DNA of 64,000 nt. Origin: Perkinsus chesapeaki ATCC PRA-425. Its lineage: Eukaryota > Protista > Perkinsozoa. Each line of letters opens with the position of its first letter. The stretch's first letter is position 1. Below, piece after piece: positions 39,700 to 53,231 of the stretch. Under the pieces are notes generated by a model. That model was not told the origin of the DNA. It saw only the letters and a list, made by a program, of their open reading frames with translations, and made no database searches. Location of the stretch: positions 1 to 64,000 of the forward strand of contig JAAPAO010000112.1 of the NCBI GenBank assembly GCA_013115145.1. Reading direction: 5' to 3'. The position numbers were made by a program, and so were the translations under genes.

Positions 39700-40630
39700 C
39701 AACTTACTCTTGAAATGTTAAATATCGTTCCCATTGTTCTTTGTTAGTTGTTACCAGCCTCTCCATCAGTTGTCTCGGGACCACCCTATCCTCTGGCTCT
39801 ACAGCGAATAGGACATCCATGGCTACTCGTAGTTGTGTCTCTGAGGGCTTCCATCGTAACAGTTACTGAACCGAAGTGCTACCAAAATGTCCGATAGCCT
39901 TTATCCGTAAACCTTCCTCTGGCGGTGCTACTAGATCAGCAACAACAGGCAAAAGGGCCTGTGGAACAGCAGCAGCATCAGTACCCTTATAACATGTCTT
40001 ATAACTACATCAAAGCCATACTGTTGTACTATATCACGGACAGCTGCCCGACGTTGAGTAACGTATTCGAGATCGACTAGGGCTGAGGCTCTAGAGAAGA
40101 GTGGTGGTAGGAGGAGTTGATTGATAGGGTAGGTGCGGTAATTACCTCTCGGCATCCAATAGTAAAGGATCTTCACCATCTACTGGGGACAGCGATTTTA
40201 TTGCTTCCTTCCAACTAAGATGATGAATCGATATGTTAAGTAAAGGTAAATTCATACTCTCCTCCTTTAACAAATTGTGGTACTAAATACGGTCCCATAT
40301 GAGCCCAACCTCGCCATCCTAGCAACTGATGTGGTTTCCAATCCATAGCCCATGGTATCAATAAGGCAAACCATATAACAGCACCTACAACAATAGTGTT
40401 AGTCATTATATTTAACGGCAAGGCGGACTGGGAAGTCCGATAATAATTATATTCTCTCCAAAGGTTCGCTTGCCAAACCATCCATATACCGATGGTTTGT
40501 ACTTCATTATAGCCTTTGTCATTACCCCAGCAATACCTAATAACCTACTCGTCTTCTCACAAAACGTTCATGCTGCGGCTTTCTTACGTTGACTAGAAGT
40601 ATCCAATATCTTTGCCTTCTGCATCTTAGT
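39700..40630 (-). CDS. Hypothetical protein with one TM segment
   Basis: ORFs 40236-40481 (IVVGAVIWFALLIPW) and 39931-40179 link through GT-AG introns. Boundaries are approximate. Confidence 0.4.
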
Positions 40631-41281
40631 GGCATGTAACCCTGTGGGCCGGTATCGTACTTTAACGTTTAGATGCCATGTTCGTAGAGGATGGGTGAAG
40701 AGTTCGGGATTCATGGCTCAAATGGACTTCATAAGGGAATACACCAACTTCCCCACCCCACACCTTTTACAAATTGCAAGCTTATCGATTTTATTATTTA
40801 GCTGTACGAAGGGGCTATTCTGTACCACGGCCTCTGATGGCCACCTCGAAATCTCGGTGAAATCATTCTTTCTGGAGCATCCAGGCAGCAGATGCCGGCC
40901 TTTTAAAATATCTTTTTGATAATGCCATGTTTCGTCTCCTTTCCTTGCCTCCTATATATTACTCTAAGCACACGACTATTATGGCTCTCCCGAATACCCA
41001 TCGGCCACCTTACACACGTACTTCACTGCACAACTACCACACACTTTCCGACGCATGCGTGCGAATATACTGTGTAACATGTCCCCAAACGAGCACGTTT
41101 CATGCTTAACATAAAACTTACTATACCTATGTACCAATAACGCAAGATGGGGCAGCATATATGGAGTAAATTGTACGTAAGAGGGTTATTCATGTGATAA
41201 TGTTAATGGTATGATTAATTCTTCATATATTATATTATTGGCTCATACCAGACTAATAATCCAACACTACACAGCAACTAC

Positions 41282-42470
41282 TCACACTTCAGGCTCCTCT
41301 CCATCGAAAAACCAATTGGGAGAATAACGAATTGCCAAATGCCGAGCTTGTGTATAAAATGCATGGATTTGGATACAATCAGCAACACCCTCAATGTTTT
41401 GCATGACCCTGGAAGTTATATGAACAGTGCCATCTCTGTCTATTAGGGAGTCCAGTGGTTCGGTTTCCTTCTCTATCTGACACCTTCTATCGTCCAGCTC
41501 ACGGCCTCTATTGTCACATAAGGAGTAGAAAAAGCGACCTTCATCACGCGGACTTCCACACAGAAGCATCAGATTTGGCTTCAGCATCGTATATTCGATA
41601 GGACTACCGTTCAGCACAGTCAAATGGTAGCTTGCTTAGGGTTATTGTCTCAACCTTTCTCCCATAATGATGATGATGATGATATTGCACACGAATATTA
41701 TGGATACACCATGCTTCATGAGGGTTGCAGTAGGTCATAGACACTAAATGCTCAGTTTTACTGGTGCCCTCTCATACGATCAATGATGGAGAGCAATATA
41801 GAGTAGATTCTCGGAATTGTATAATAACCTCGCTCTTAGCCACTGTAGCTTTTGAACTGATGTCGGCAGGAAAGTACAGAATGCAATAGATTCCATCATC
41901 ATTATTGACGTTATTGGCAGGGATGTTATTGGCTCCATCTGTCGGATTCCAAACCACAGGTAGATATACTTTACCTCCTATACATGATAATAGTTCGCGA
42001 GGGGCGTAGCAATCTGTGACGGAAGATAGATAGCCTTCAATGCGGACTGAGCGGGACACAGGATTGGCCTCATCTGCGAGTAAATACATATTTTCAATAT
42101 GTGCTGTTGTAGCTGGTGAGAATATGGGTAACAAGTTAAGTACATTTTCAGTTATATAAGCAGCAAAGAGCTTCCCGTGCCTCACAATCATGAATGAAAT
42201 ACTCTCCAAGATAACTGTATTAGATGGGCAGTTAAGGGTTAGCTCCCTCGAGGACTTGCCGAGGAATGCCGAGATGGTCCTCCCAACATCGTTTAGGAAC
42301 CTCGCGCTGTCTGAATGTCGACGAAATGAATATCTCACAGCTTCAGTTTCGAGTGCCACTGTAGAACAGAGGAATGTATCCAGCATGGTATTAAGGGGGA
42401 TTAATAAGTATATCGACGAACAGCTGCAAAGCGAATAACAGCTTACAAAATCCCCCTTCGGCTCTTTCAT
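41282..42470 (-). CDS. Hypothetical protein(s)
   Basis: 232-aa and 113-aa ORFs on the same strand with protein-like composition; they may be one spliced gene. Confidence 0.45.
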
Positions 42471-43160
42471 CCAAAGTAAAAGATTCCTTGCACATCTATT
42501 ATAGCTCGCTCGAGTTTGTGTAACGATAAAACCCGAGTACGGTCGAGCCTACTACTGCGGGGAGCTGCGGCGAAGAACGGTGGGGGAACCGGGCCGTTTA
42601 TAAGGACATGCCGCAAATAACAATTTTGTAGAAACGTCCGATGAAGGATTATTATTTGTTAGAACGAGCAGCAGAGCAACCACATGAAAATCCTTGACCT
42701 TACGTCCATATAAGTTATCTACCCACTTACCTAGTTACCTGTTGGATGCCAGCAGCTAAACAGGAATATTCCACATCCGACAGCCTATCGATCTAACGAT
42801 TTGCGCATGCGTGCCATGGTCGAGTCGCACGCGTGCGCAAGCGCAATAAACATCAAGGAAAAAGCATCGGTAGTCTGGCTTCTACGGATATCAATATGTC
42901 CGACCCTTCGCGAACTTCTGATGGACACATCAGCAGGAAAGGTAAGTTTCACCTTATTCACTTCCCTTGTCTCTATATAACACGTCACTCTAACTAATAT
43001 ATGCGGGTATATCGTGGAGAAATACGCTTTCTAAACATCAAAGTCCAATGTACCAAACACGGGAAATGCGATTACACCTGCACTCCAGCTGCTGCAACAA
43101 CAATTACCGTAGATATTCAGTGTAACGATAACGATATAACTCCCGATCTCTTTAGCCGGA

Positions 43161-44830
43161 ATGTCAGAAAATGATGCCAAAGAGCTCGAAAGCGAGCATA
43201 CCATTTCTTCACCAACTCATTCACGACCGCCGAACCGACGTGGAACACCGAGAGTTCGAAAACTGCTATGTAACAGGAATACCGATGGTTCCAAGGTGGA
43301 TTCAGTGCACGCACCGCAGAAGAGCAAAGGGTTATCCTGTCAGTTACCTTCTTCAAAACCTGACGTTGATCATTTGATCAGAGAGGCCAGTATAAGGCAA
43401 AAGAGCAGGTGAGGGTCTCCAGTTAGGCTCTTGCTAATGGGCCAGAATTGAGACATAATGGTTTCGTATTTAGGGCGAAAGCACTCTTCGATTACGATCG
43501 CTCTACTGGAATGGATATGCTGGATTTCGCAGAACTTATGAGTAAAAATGAATCCCTCCATAGGCCTTATCCGCCTACATTCCACACAGACACGCCGATT
43601 ATACCTAATCCCGATGTTGAGATAGCTGAGCTACGCAGTCAATTGGAGGACTCACAAAGAGTAACTAACGTGCCACCTGACCCGGTTAAACTCAAACTTG
43701 TTAGGAAAGATGCAGGCTGACTTCGGAACTCACAAAACTTCGAATTCTTCACAAGAAAACAGAGCAGTTGTTGCAAGAGACTGTTTTATCAAAAGAGCGT
43801 GAAACCATAGCGCTGTAAGGCTAATAAGCCCTACGGATAAGTAATGAGTCATAGGTCAGCATCAGTGAAGCAACTGAAGGGGAGGCTGTCCAGTCAGCAA
43901 GACAGCGTTACAAGCCTTGAACAGCAATTGGAAGTTGCATTGCAAAATGAGGAAATCCTTCGCATCGAACATGATAACCTAAAAGTACATCGCAATCTGA
44001 CCGGTTGGAGGGGAGTGTTTTAGAGTGACCTCGACGAAGCAGAATTACAGATCGAAGGGCTGATGAAAGCAAGACATAAACTTCTACAGTCTCAATCCAC
44101 ACATGAAATGGTTATGAACACATTACTCGTAGTGTATCTTGAGGCTATGCAGCGAACAGAGGTAGAACCTCGTTTAATCTCACTCATACGAATACAGCTC
44201 CTCAGCGTAAAGTTGGTGTGGTACCTGATGCGACGAAGCCAAACGAGCTCTCCGATGCTAGTTTGATTCCAGGGGAGTTAAGTGAATTCCTGAAGCCCGG
44301 TGCCTCTTCGAAGCGAGCCCTAGCCGAGGCCAATGCCGCCATCGAAATGAAAATTAGAACGATGGAAGAGTGAGGAGCGGAGTACTCCTGTACATATAGT
44401 TGATGCATTGTGCAGGTCTCACCTCGAGGAGATGGAGGAAATTTTAGCTGGAAATGAAATAACACTGAGCAAGCTGCAAAGCCAGCTTGAAGAGGAGATC
44501 ATCAGTAGGCCCCTACGACGAGAGTCAATTTATCGAGGGAGGCTGTAGATAATACTAGAGAATTAGAGATAAGGAGATGCAACGAATTGGAGGAACAGAA
44601 AGTGTCATTTAGCAGAGAGATTGATATGCTATCTCAGAAGCTTGGGCAGGTCCAGGAAAGAAATAAGTAATCTTGCCTTGTGGGGGAAGCATCCTCCGTA
44701 AATACTTTATATCTCAGAGCCCTCTGTCAACAGCTAACACACTTTAAAGAGATAGATTCAATTTACCGAAGTCGTACTGACTTTAATGGTATGTTTATAG
44801 CCATTGTGAAGAATGAAGTAGGCTCGTAAT
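43161..44830 (+). CDS. Hypothetical coiled-coil protein
   Basis: ORFs 43161-43412 and 43448-43720 are followed by E/L/Q/K-rich heptad-like exons between GT-AG introns. Confidence 0.5.
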
Positions 44831-44899
44831 GACACGAACGTGAGAGCGGCTGCTGCTTGCAGGACTATACCCCAACATGGTTCATTAACTACTTAGCGG

Positions 44900-45903
44900 T
44901 TGCACTTGGACAAGAACATAATCGATTTAGGATAGTCGACGAGGAAAAGGGTATTTGAGGAGCTTGCTAAGTCCTTTTCTGAGCACTCAAAACAGGAAAT
45001 CACATTCAATCCTGTGATGCTAACAACGATGATAATGAAAGCAGTACAAAGCATAGCATGGTATCCTGTATTGACAAGAGCCACTAGAATATGGTTGGCA
45101 TCTAGGTTAGACTTGTTGTTGAGATCATAGACTACGACGACACCGTATATGTTGATACAGAGAAGGATAAAATAATGTAAAGCTAACTGCTCAAAGCGGC
45201 ACTTGATAATATATCGACTACTTGAAAAGGAAGAAGATAGCAGCTCACTCGGGTTCAGGCCCCATTGTCCTAGCGGGTATAAGGAAGTGCTCGTCGAACA
45301 GCTTGCTTCCCTTTGGCTCGACGCTAAGGTTGAAGACGTAACATCAGGGTTATTAGGGGAGCTGGGAATCCAAGAAATGGCTCTTCTTCGTGGGTCACAA
45401 TCCCTATCCACAGCCTACTCTCAAAATAAGATGACATTCATCGGTAGCCTTGATAAAAAGGAGTTGGTTGATGATGATGAGCATAGTGATTGGCAGGGCG
45501 GACTATGTGCCTGATTTCTCACAGAAGAATGGTTGTCACTGTACATCATATGGTGGAGACATTCCTCGAAGATGAGATGATAAGACTCGTTGCTACCGAT
45601 GTCGATGCACGACAAGTCTTCGTTCTGTACTTGCGGGCATCCGACCTGGAGGCAGATCCTGAAGGTGAGCCCGGTTACCCTGGCAGATTGATATTGGTGG
45701 AACAAATAGATAATGAAATTAAGTCCTTGGAACAAACCACACTTGAAGACATCTGCGCAATTGCCAAGGAACGGTTGAGAGTGATTAGGGTGGACGGCGT
45801 TGATGCATTGGTGAGTGTCCGAAAGATAACTATGCCCAGACTGTACGTACATTCAGTGCTATTTAACCATCCTTACTTCCAAGGATATCACCAAGCATGT
45901 TGA
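44900..45903 (+). CDS. Hypothetical protein
   Basis: Consecutive + strand exon frames (VRLVVEIIDYDDTVYV, 45203-45514, 45490-45903). Confidence 0.4.
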
Positions 45904-46229
45904 TACTATTATAGAGGTAGATAGCATCAATACAAGCTATGAGTGGTGAATTGCCATAGCTGTTGCCAATGTAGGAAGAATCCGTTGTAGCCGCCGTAGT
46001 CGATGACGGAGGGGATGATTTCAGAGGTAACTTCGTGTCCTCGACTGGTGTTCCACTGCTTTAGGAATCGGTTCGATTGGGCAAGTTCTCTACCGCGAAA
46101 CCGTGTATCTAGAAGAAGGTCAGCTAGCAATCAATGTCCTAGTCACAAGATACGAGGTATATCCAGGAGCCTCTCTAGGCCACTTCAACCTATAATAGGG
46201 CTCGGAGATGATTGGTGTAACAATGATGG

Positions 46230-48717
46230 ATGATAAGCGAGTAATCATGATAGCCGACGTTATCCCCCAGCATACATCCGAACCATCAACTGGTATTCAA
46301 TCCCTATCACTGGTGTTATATGCTCAATGATATAGGTCAAACCAATTCTCTCGACCCACAGCCTACTCTCGGTAACTGGGTATGTGCTCACTGCCAGTCA
46401 TATAAAGTGAAAGGTGATTCAAGCCTCAGCTATCTGGAGAGCCACGGTCTGGACCATTCGCTAGGTTACATCCTTGAGGCCCTTCTCGAGTCGGCTGAAG
46501 AGGATGCTATGTTACACCTGCTACTGAAGCATCGGGGTATTCAGCGATGACTCCCTCTTCGAATGCATAGTAGCCTCTACGTTAGATTCACCTCCGGCAT
46601 ATCGAAGCCTCCTCATTCACTCTAGAGATAGGTTGTGTATACTAGACCCTTGCATGTAAGCTCAAGAAACGCCGCCCAGCCTGAAGGAGGACGATACAGG
46701 CCTTTAAAGTCAAGGCTGTTGGACAGCGCCCAGTCAGCGTCGCTATCGGCAATTCTACAACAACGTTACTCTAATGAAGCACCATGGCGTATACTATACG
46801 GTATGACTCTACTCTCCGTACTCGGCTCGAGTTTACTTCAGGTTACCCTGGCCATGTCGCCCTTCAAAACGGAGGTGGTAGCAGAGCTCACGCCGACAAG
46901 CTACCATTGTTGAAACGATGGAAAATAATGGCGGTGTACGTTGATGATGCTATAACCTTCAGCACCTCAGCTTGTGCTCATGCTTCAGAGATGATGGTCA
47001 ATCAGCCTTTTATGAGTGTACCGTTTTTGCCATTTTCGACACTGAGGGTCATCATAATGAGGAGCGGCATTCCTATCCGGCCAAGTACTTGGTCGAAGTA
47101 CGTCCCGTACCATGTCGATCCAATGTCGCTCACATCACCCCAGCCGACTCAAGTAAGAGGGATACATAACCTCCCCATGACAATGGTTACTGCTCCCTAT
47201 TAGCGTTGGGCTCTTATGAACTACAGCTCTGTCGAGAAGAGGTAGAAAGTATAATGGACCAGTTGATGAAAGACCGTCGGTTGTGGTCTGATGAGGATGT
47301 TAGTATACATAGCTCTTACATAGACCCTAACCTATACCAGGTCCCTGCAAGACTCTTGCACCATTTGGAAATAGAATCGAATGGAAAGGGAGGAGCTCAA
47401 CTGACTATCTCGACAGACTTGGAGCCAAGTAGCCCACCAATGCGGTGTAAGAATGTATGGTGTTCTTGCATCAACTCAAAATTGAACACCATTCGACATG
47501 TAAATCTAGCTTCTGTTTAGGCATGCCTTAGGTTCCGACACACGGGAAGACCGGAGCAATAGCGGACCGAGTTCCTCGCTCTCATCCTCTTTGCTTCACG
47601 GCCAAGGAATAATTTATGGTTTGTGATATAACATGACGATCATTATTCCCGCTCAGCTATGTCTTCCACCAGATCTGTTCTAGCAGGTTCCGGTGTTGAC
47701 GTGGTACCATCGACATTAGGTTGGAAGAGGCTCTTCTCTGGTGCGAAGAGACTGAACGACATCAACCTGGTTATATCGGTGTGAGATACTCTCTTCATAC
47801 CTGACCCTTCCGCAGAAGTCGGTTAGATACACTGCACGCTCATCAGACAACAAGGCGTCTCTCTTTGTATCTGTTTATGATCGCATCAGCCGCGACTCGT
47901 GGTTCGCTGTAAGTGGTTCGGGAAACGGTGGAATGCAGCGGCCACTCTTGGTAGGCAATGCCAGCCGACGGTCCCACCGATCAACCATTACGACTTATGC
48001 TATGCTCGTTCAACCTCGTTATCTCTAGCGACCGGGATGAGTCGAATAATAATGCCTTAGATAGAAGAGTAGGTCAGCAGCAGCTCACACCATACTGATT
48101 ACCATCAACACCGCTGATAACTACAGCTCTCCCTTTCAGAGATTCATCTTGTGCCTATCCGAGTCACCCTTCCCACATATCTACACCGTATCCGTAGTCG
48201 ATACTTCTTTACCCAACCAGCAGTCTTTTACATTCCTGTGAGCCAACACAGAATATCGAAACTCACAGCTACCCCATATCTCAGAGCCGACTCTCCATCA
48301 CGGTATCGTAATGAATCAACAGCGGCTCTTAATCCAAGTAAAGCTGTTGCTGAAGATAGAGCTTACTCTCCGACCCGGCCCTCAGGTGGGTTAGGTCACG
48401 TTTGGAGCGGTATTGAAACTACATCACTTTCTGCATCAGATAACCTTCAAATCCTTTCAAAATCTGCCGTCGACGATGATGAGAGTGAAGGGGCCTTCCA
48501 GCACTTCACTAAAAAAGTAGAGGAGAGTATCCTCGGTTATCACTCCGATATATCATGTTTGGATAGTTGCAATTTTTCTACCGTATTGGTGTGTATAGGT
48601 ACCATGCTCCGCGATGGTTATGTTCTATCTGATGGCGTGAAGGAAATAGACTATCGATTCTGCAAACCAGGTAAGAATGACATAGTTCCCATCAGCTCAC
48701 TGATAGTCAGGGTTTGA
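46230..48717 (+). CDS. Hypothetical multi-exon protein, possible PHD-like zinc finger and Tudor/Agenet-like segment
   Basis: YHWCY...GNWVCAHC resembles the second half of a PHD finger, and DDGQSAFYECTVFAI resembles a Tudor-like strand. Both are weak matches by eye. Confidence 0.3.
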
Positions 48718-49962
48718 TGGGGCGAGTGTGAGGCAAGATGGAACCGCTGAAACGGCGATACCGGTCGTGACCACTGATTTGACTAAGAATGGCTCAACCG
48801 ACTATGTCGAAGTCTTGTAAGCTTTGAATTCGGGTTTAACTCGACAATAAGAGATCTCAAGCCATCAGGTATGCAACTAACCGGTCGATATCTAAAGACA
48901 ATGGTACATGTGGCATACGGATAGTTGTGAAGGCAGCCTCTTCTCTACTAGCCGAGCATCGAGGAGTAGAGGGACGCAGTGGACTGATATTAGTATGATG
49001 ATGATTCACCAAATAGTCGCAGATATATTACAATCAGGACTTGACAATAGCCGAGTTCTCATCGAGTCATCTTATCGTCCCTCACCACGATGATATCGGT
49101 TCATCTTTGTTTACTTCCCTCATCGCTCTCGGGGACAACAGACTCATCCTCTCTGTACTCCAGGATATTCATGTGGTAGGCGGAGTTGACCCGTACCTTT
49201 TAATCGAGCTCTCAGATAAGGCTGAGTCTTGGATCTGCAGATAGCCGGTCTGTCATTTGGCAAGGCGTCATTGTCCACTCAACAGAGATGGTGAAATTAA
49301 AAGACTTCCGGGCACCGTAATTTACACTACTTTCATAACAACCTTGGTACACTTGCTTTAGACGACCTCCAGTCCTTCCTGCAATTATTTTTTATTGCCC
49401 TCTTAGTGCCTCTCCTAGGTATCCTTCACCAGACGAAGGCCGCCGTTTGTCTATGCTACAATGGTTCATCTCCTCACCACACTGCCATGCAAATGTAGCA
49501 CGCATAGACTTGTGCTGACTGGAATGTCCTAACGTGGACTCCACAATGTCAGAGTTTCATGGGCCTTAAAGAGCCGGCATCGGTTAAACCATTGCACAAG
49601 AGCAGGAGAATGCACGTCTCTGCGGTAAAGTCGGTAAACAACAGCTACTTATGTTTAAGCTCAGCTATCCGGTCCCTCGACGCCCAAACTGAGCGACACT
49701 CTAAAGGCACTAGTGGAGAAGGATAATAAAAGTAACAGCCTGCAGACGAGATATCCCACTGCCTCTGGTGGCAGGGACAAACAACACTCTGCAGCTTATA
49801 CATAGGACAACTTATGGCTTCCAAGGGGGCAAGCTTCCCGCAGTGCTCAGCTTGTAAGTTGAACAACTGGTTTGAACCATTTAGCAGCATACTCGTGCAA
49901 CCTCGATTTTTGGACTAATTTTCATTAACATAGAACGTCTTCGAGGCCTAATACGTTCCGCC

Positions 49963-51517
49963 ATGTCGAGAAGAGATTGTGACTGCGAGACGCTCGAACG
50001 CTCTATGGGAGAACGTAGCAGGTACTTGAAAGCAGTCGAGGGAGAGCTGCTGGTGAAGTGCTACAGATGTGGTGGTAAAGAAGGTGACTTAACTATCAAA
50101 TTAGAGGACTTGCCTGAGGCTGTTGGTTACGTGGTTGGAGGTACATATAACAGTAGAGTGTGGTATGTGGTAGATGTGCTCCTCTAGATGCCCCATCCAC
50201 GAGCCTCACCGACCTCAATATGTCCCGAAGCAAAGAGTTTGGCGAGCTTATCCTACATCACAGCATCACAGTACTCCCCCCTGCTCGCCATTAGGAGATA
50301 CTCTTGCTCAGTTTGACCCCTCTAATCCTGCCAGTGACCTCCACTTCAACGCCGAGGCTTTGAAAGCAGAAATATTTAGAAGGCGTGAATCCGCAGTAAC
50401 AACATAACGCGCTGGACGTTCCTTGGATTCTCCTCAGGAGGAAGACAAGTGGAAGGATGAGGGAGGAGTAGACGAGGGATTTGCGAATGTCCACGGAAGC
50501 ACCTCTCGAGCCTCTCGCCCTCTGGTAAGAAGTATTATCGGCTGTCCCGTCACGGGACTCCCGAGCCTCCAGTACAGAATGTACCACCCCTCACATTGGA
50601 GCACTCGGTACAATGTTATACAATGTGTCTTTTCGGAGGTTAATATCGCGGAGGAAGCTTTGGCCAAATGTTACCGAGAGATAACTACACCCAACGAGGA
50701 ATCTTATGTGGTGTTGGTAGAGCTGTACGACGGCTGCTCAGAATCCAATGACGAGGTATTCATAGCCGTACATGATGATGAGCATTATCATCATTCATTA
50801 GGTATTCAATGTTATTAATTATACTCTCCGAGTGAGCGAAGTAGACCCAAAAGATAAGCGGCTCACGAGAACAATTTGGAAGAGGGATGTAAGTAACACA
50901 TTTACATGTACCCTCTTATTAATATCAGATCCATGAGTCTGACCTCATCGATTGGTTATCGGCTTACTCCCGCGAAGACCTACTCTCGGCTATCATGGTA
51001 CCCCAACTCGAGACCGCTATTGTGTCAAAGGTTACCCTTGAAAAGATGGGTGTGGATAATAGCGAGGGACCAATCCTCTTCGATGGCCCACCATGATGCC
51101 CTTATATGTCTCATCACTTCACAAGTGTTGTAGTTATTCGTCAGTTAGTTGACCTCGCATTGCTTATCGTGCACTCCATAAGCTACCACGGCAAGGTACA
51201 CCACGTAATGTCATTAGCTTTGTCCTGTTAGTTGTTGATATTGTACTATTTGTCAACGTGGACAACACAACACATTTATAATGAAACCATATACTGTAAT
51301 GCAATAAGCAGGCGACAAAGCCGGTCGAATGAGTGGTGGTTTAATGCGAGTTAATAAGATCTACATATTGCTGTGGATGATATAAATCCATCAACGTGAC
51401 GAGACCATCGAAAGAGTTCAACTGTTTGAGTGTGAGATTGATAATAGTGTTATAAAAATTGACAATCCTAGTGTATACCATACACCCTGTATTGCATTAG
51501 TCTCGGATCTAGAATAG
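49963..51517 (+). CDS. Hypothetical multi-exon protein
   Basis: ORFs 49963-50187, 50174-50407 and 50423-50818, plus later frames ending ...TPCIALVSDLE-TAG. Confidence 0.4.
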
Positions 51518-51545
51518 AAACAGAGATCAACGCACCGTTCGACAC

Positions 51546-53231
51546 TTACGCTGGTGAGGCTGGACCGGTAGTGCTGCTACTTGTAGGTGCGGTAGTCGTA
51601 GGAGCAGCAGCAGCTGCGTTGACGTGTGGATACCACGATAGAGATTCAATACCACATCTACCTGAGTGAGTTCATTGGTGATATACGCAACCCGTGCTTG
51701 AAATAATAATAATGATATGGGAGCTAGTCTAATGCAAGAGAATGAGGAATTAGCGGTCGTTTATAATAACAGATTCAGACATGAAGTTGAAGCAAGTATT
51801 CGGCTAACACCCACTGTACCTACCTCTACCACCAGTCCCCCTCTCAACTTTAGCATAGCCTTGCTCACCCCATCCAGTGCCCCATGAGTTCTTTATTAAC
51901 CAATATCTAACATATCGTAGATAATCCATCGGTAAAGGTGATGACACAACTTACTTCATGCCCTCCTCACTCACACCATATCCAACAATAACTACAATGT
52001 GCAAAGTTAGACTGTCACAGGTAGTACCTAAGGAATGACAGTAATAGCGTCAAATATCGGACATAATAATGTACCATTTATAATTCCAGACTTGTAGTGC
52101 TGGAAAGGCGGGGTAGTACCATCTATCATAGTGGCTACTGGCCCGATAAGACCAACAGCTGATAACAGCTCATCATAGTTGTTATTTATTTGAGTATAAC
52201 CACTAACAACACCCGGCTGAGGAACAAGATGATAATGATGCTTATGAAGTTTAGAGAATAATGAGTCTCTACTTATTACCTGGATCACGAGGCTATTGGT
52301 TGATATAAGATCACTTCTACAAGCAAGCTTGGCAGTTTGGTAAGGATAGTTACTTTCGCTTGTTATACCACTAGTATTTATATAAGGATATGTTAGACTT
52401 GGTAGCCCACCGTTGCAGCCACTGAGCCGAGCACATTATTGAGATATAAGAGGGGATATAGATGGAACTCACATAGATGGAATGCAATCCAACAGTTGTT
52501 GCTCAGATAGGGGTACAATAGAGTTACCAGTCTGGCCCATAGCCAAAGCGTAATGGGCTTCAAGAGCACCTATATGAATAATTAATAGGTAATAGAGGAA
52601 TAGGATGAACCTGTGGTCGCAAAGCTTGCACAGGAACCACATTGTCCTTGATCTTTAACTGGGCCAAGTACACCTCTATCCACCCAATTGATGGATTCTG
52701 GAGGAGCATCTTGCAGGGCTCGGCTACTAACTTCAGAGTTAGTTGGTTGACGATGTTCTAACACCATGAACAACTTGTAGCCATTATGTAATGGTACGGC
52801 GAGTACTGTCAAGGTAGTCTGTAAGGTCATCTACAGAGCCCTTTAGACCAGTGGCAACATATGAGGTAGCAAACTCTTCATTGGTCATATCAGCGAATCT
52901 TGTTACCCCAAGCACATAAGAATGATCACCTAACTCCACCACACGAGGAGCAAGTCGTTATAAGTAGCCTCCTTCACCATGTGGCTTACCTCGAGTATTC
53001 TGCTCCTTAATCCACTTGTAATTATCTATGAATACACCACGACGATAATCCTCATCATCGGGTGAATATGACTTAGAGTACCTTACAAAGGGCAAGAAGC
53101 TACAGATTAACAAAGAGGACAACAAGGACCACTCACTCCTGTTTAAAGATATCAAACTCCCTTATAGCCTCATCGTCAAGGGAGCCATAGACTAATCGTA
53201 ATGAAGGCAGAAGAGCAAAGATGACCTTCAT
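51546..53231 (-). CDS. Cathepsin L-like papain-family (C1A) cysteine protease, pre-pro form
   Basis: Signal peptide MKVIFALL..., ERFNIN-like [34 protein letters not shown]...[44 protein letters not shown], and a last exon [14 protein letters not shown] followed by a T/S/A-rich tail. Confidence 0.9.

Noticed and set aside
44893-45411. Minus-strand ORF with YGVVVVYDLNNK, resembling a small GTPase
   Set aside because: No P-loop, DTAGQ or NKxD motifs. The + strand carries a coherent spliced gene here, so this is probably an antisense shadow ORF.
46925-46965. AVYVDDAITFS in ORF 46784-47203, resembling a reverse transcriptase YxDD motif
   Set aside because: No other RT, RNase H or integrase motifs or LTRs are nearby. 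The motif coincides with a short GT...AG segment (GTACGTTGATG...TTCAG) that is more likely an intron of the host gene.
50530-50580. IIGCPVTGLPSLQY, resembling the YL1/Vps72 C-terminal motif
   Set aside because: Only a partial match, without the following DP.T...Y residues; not enough to call.
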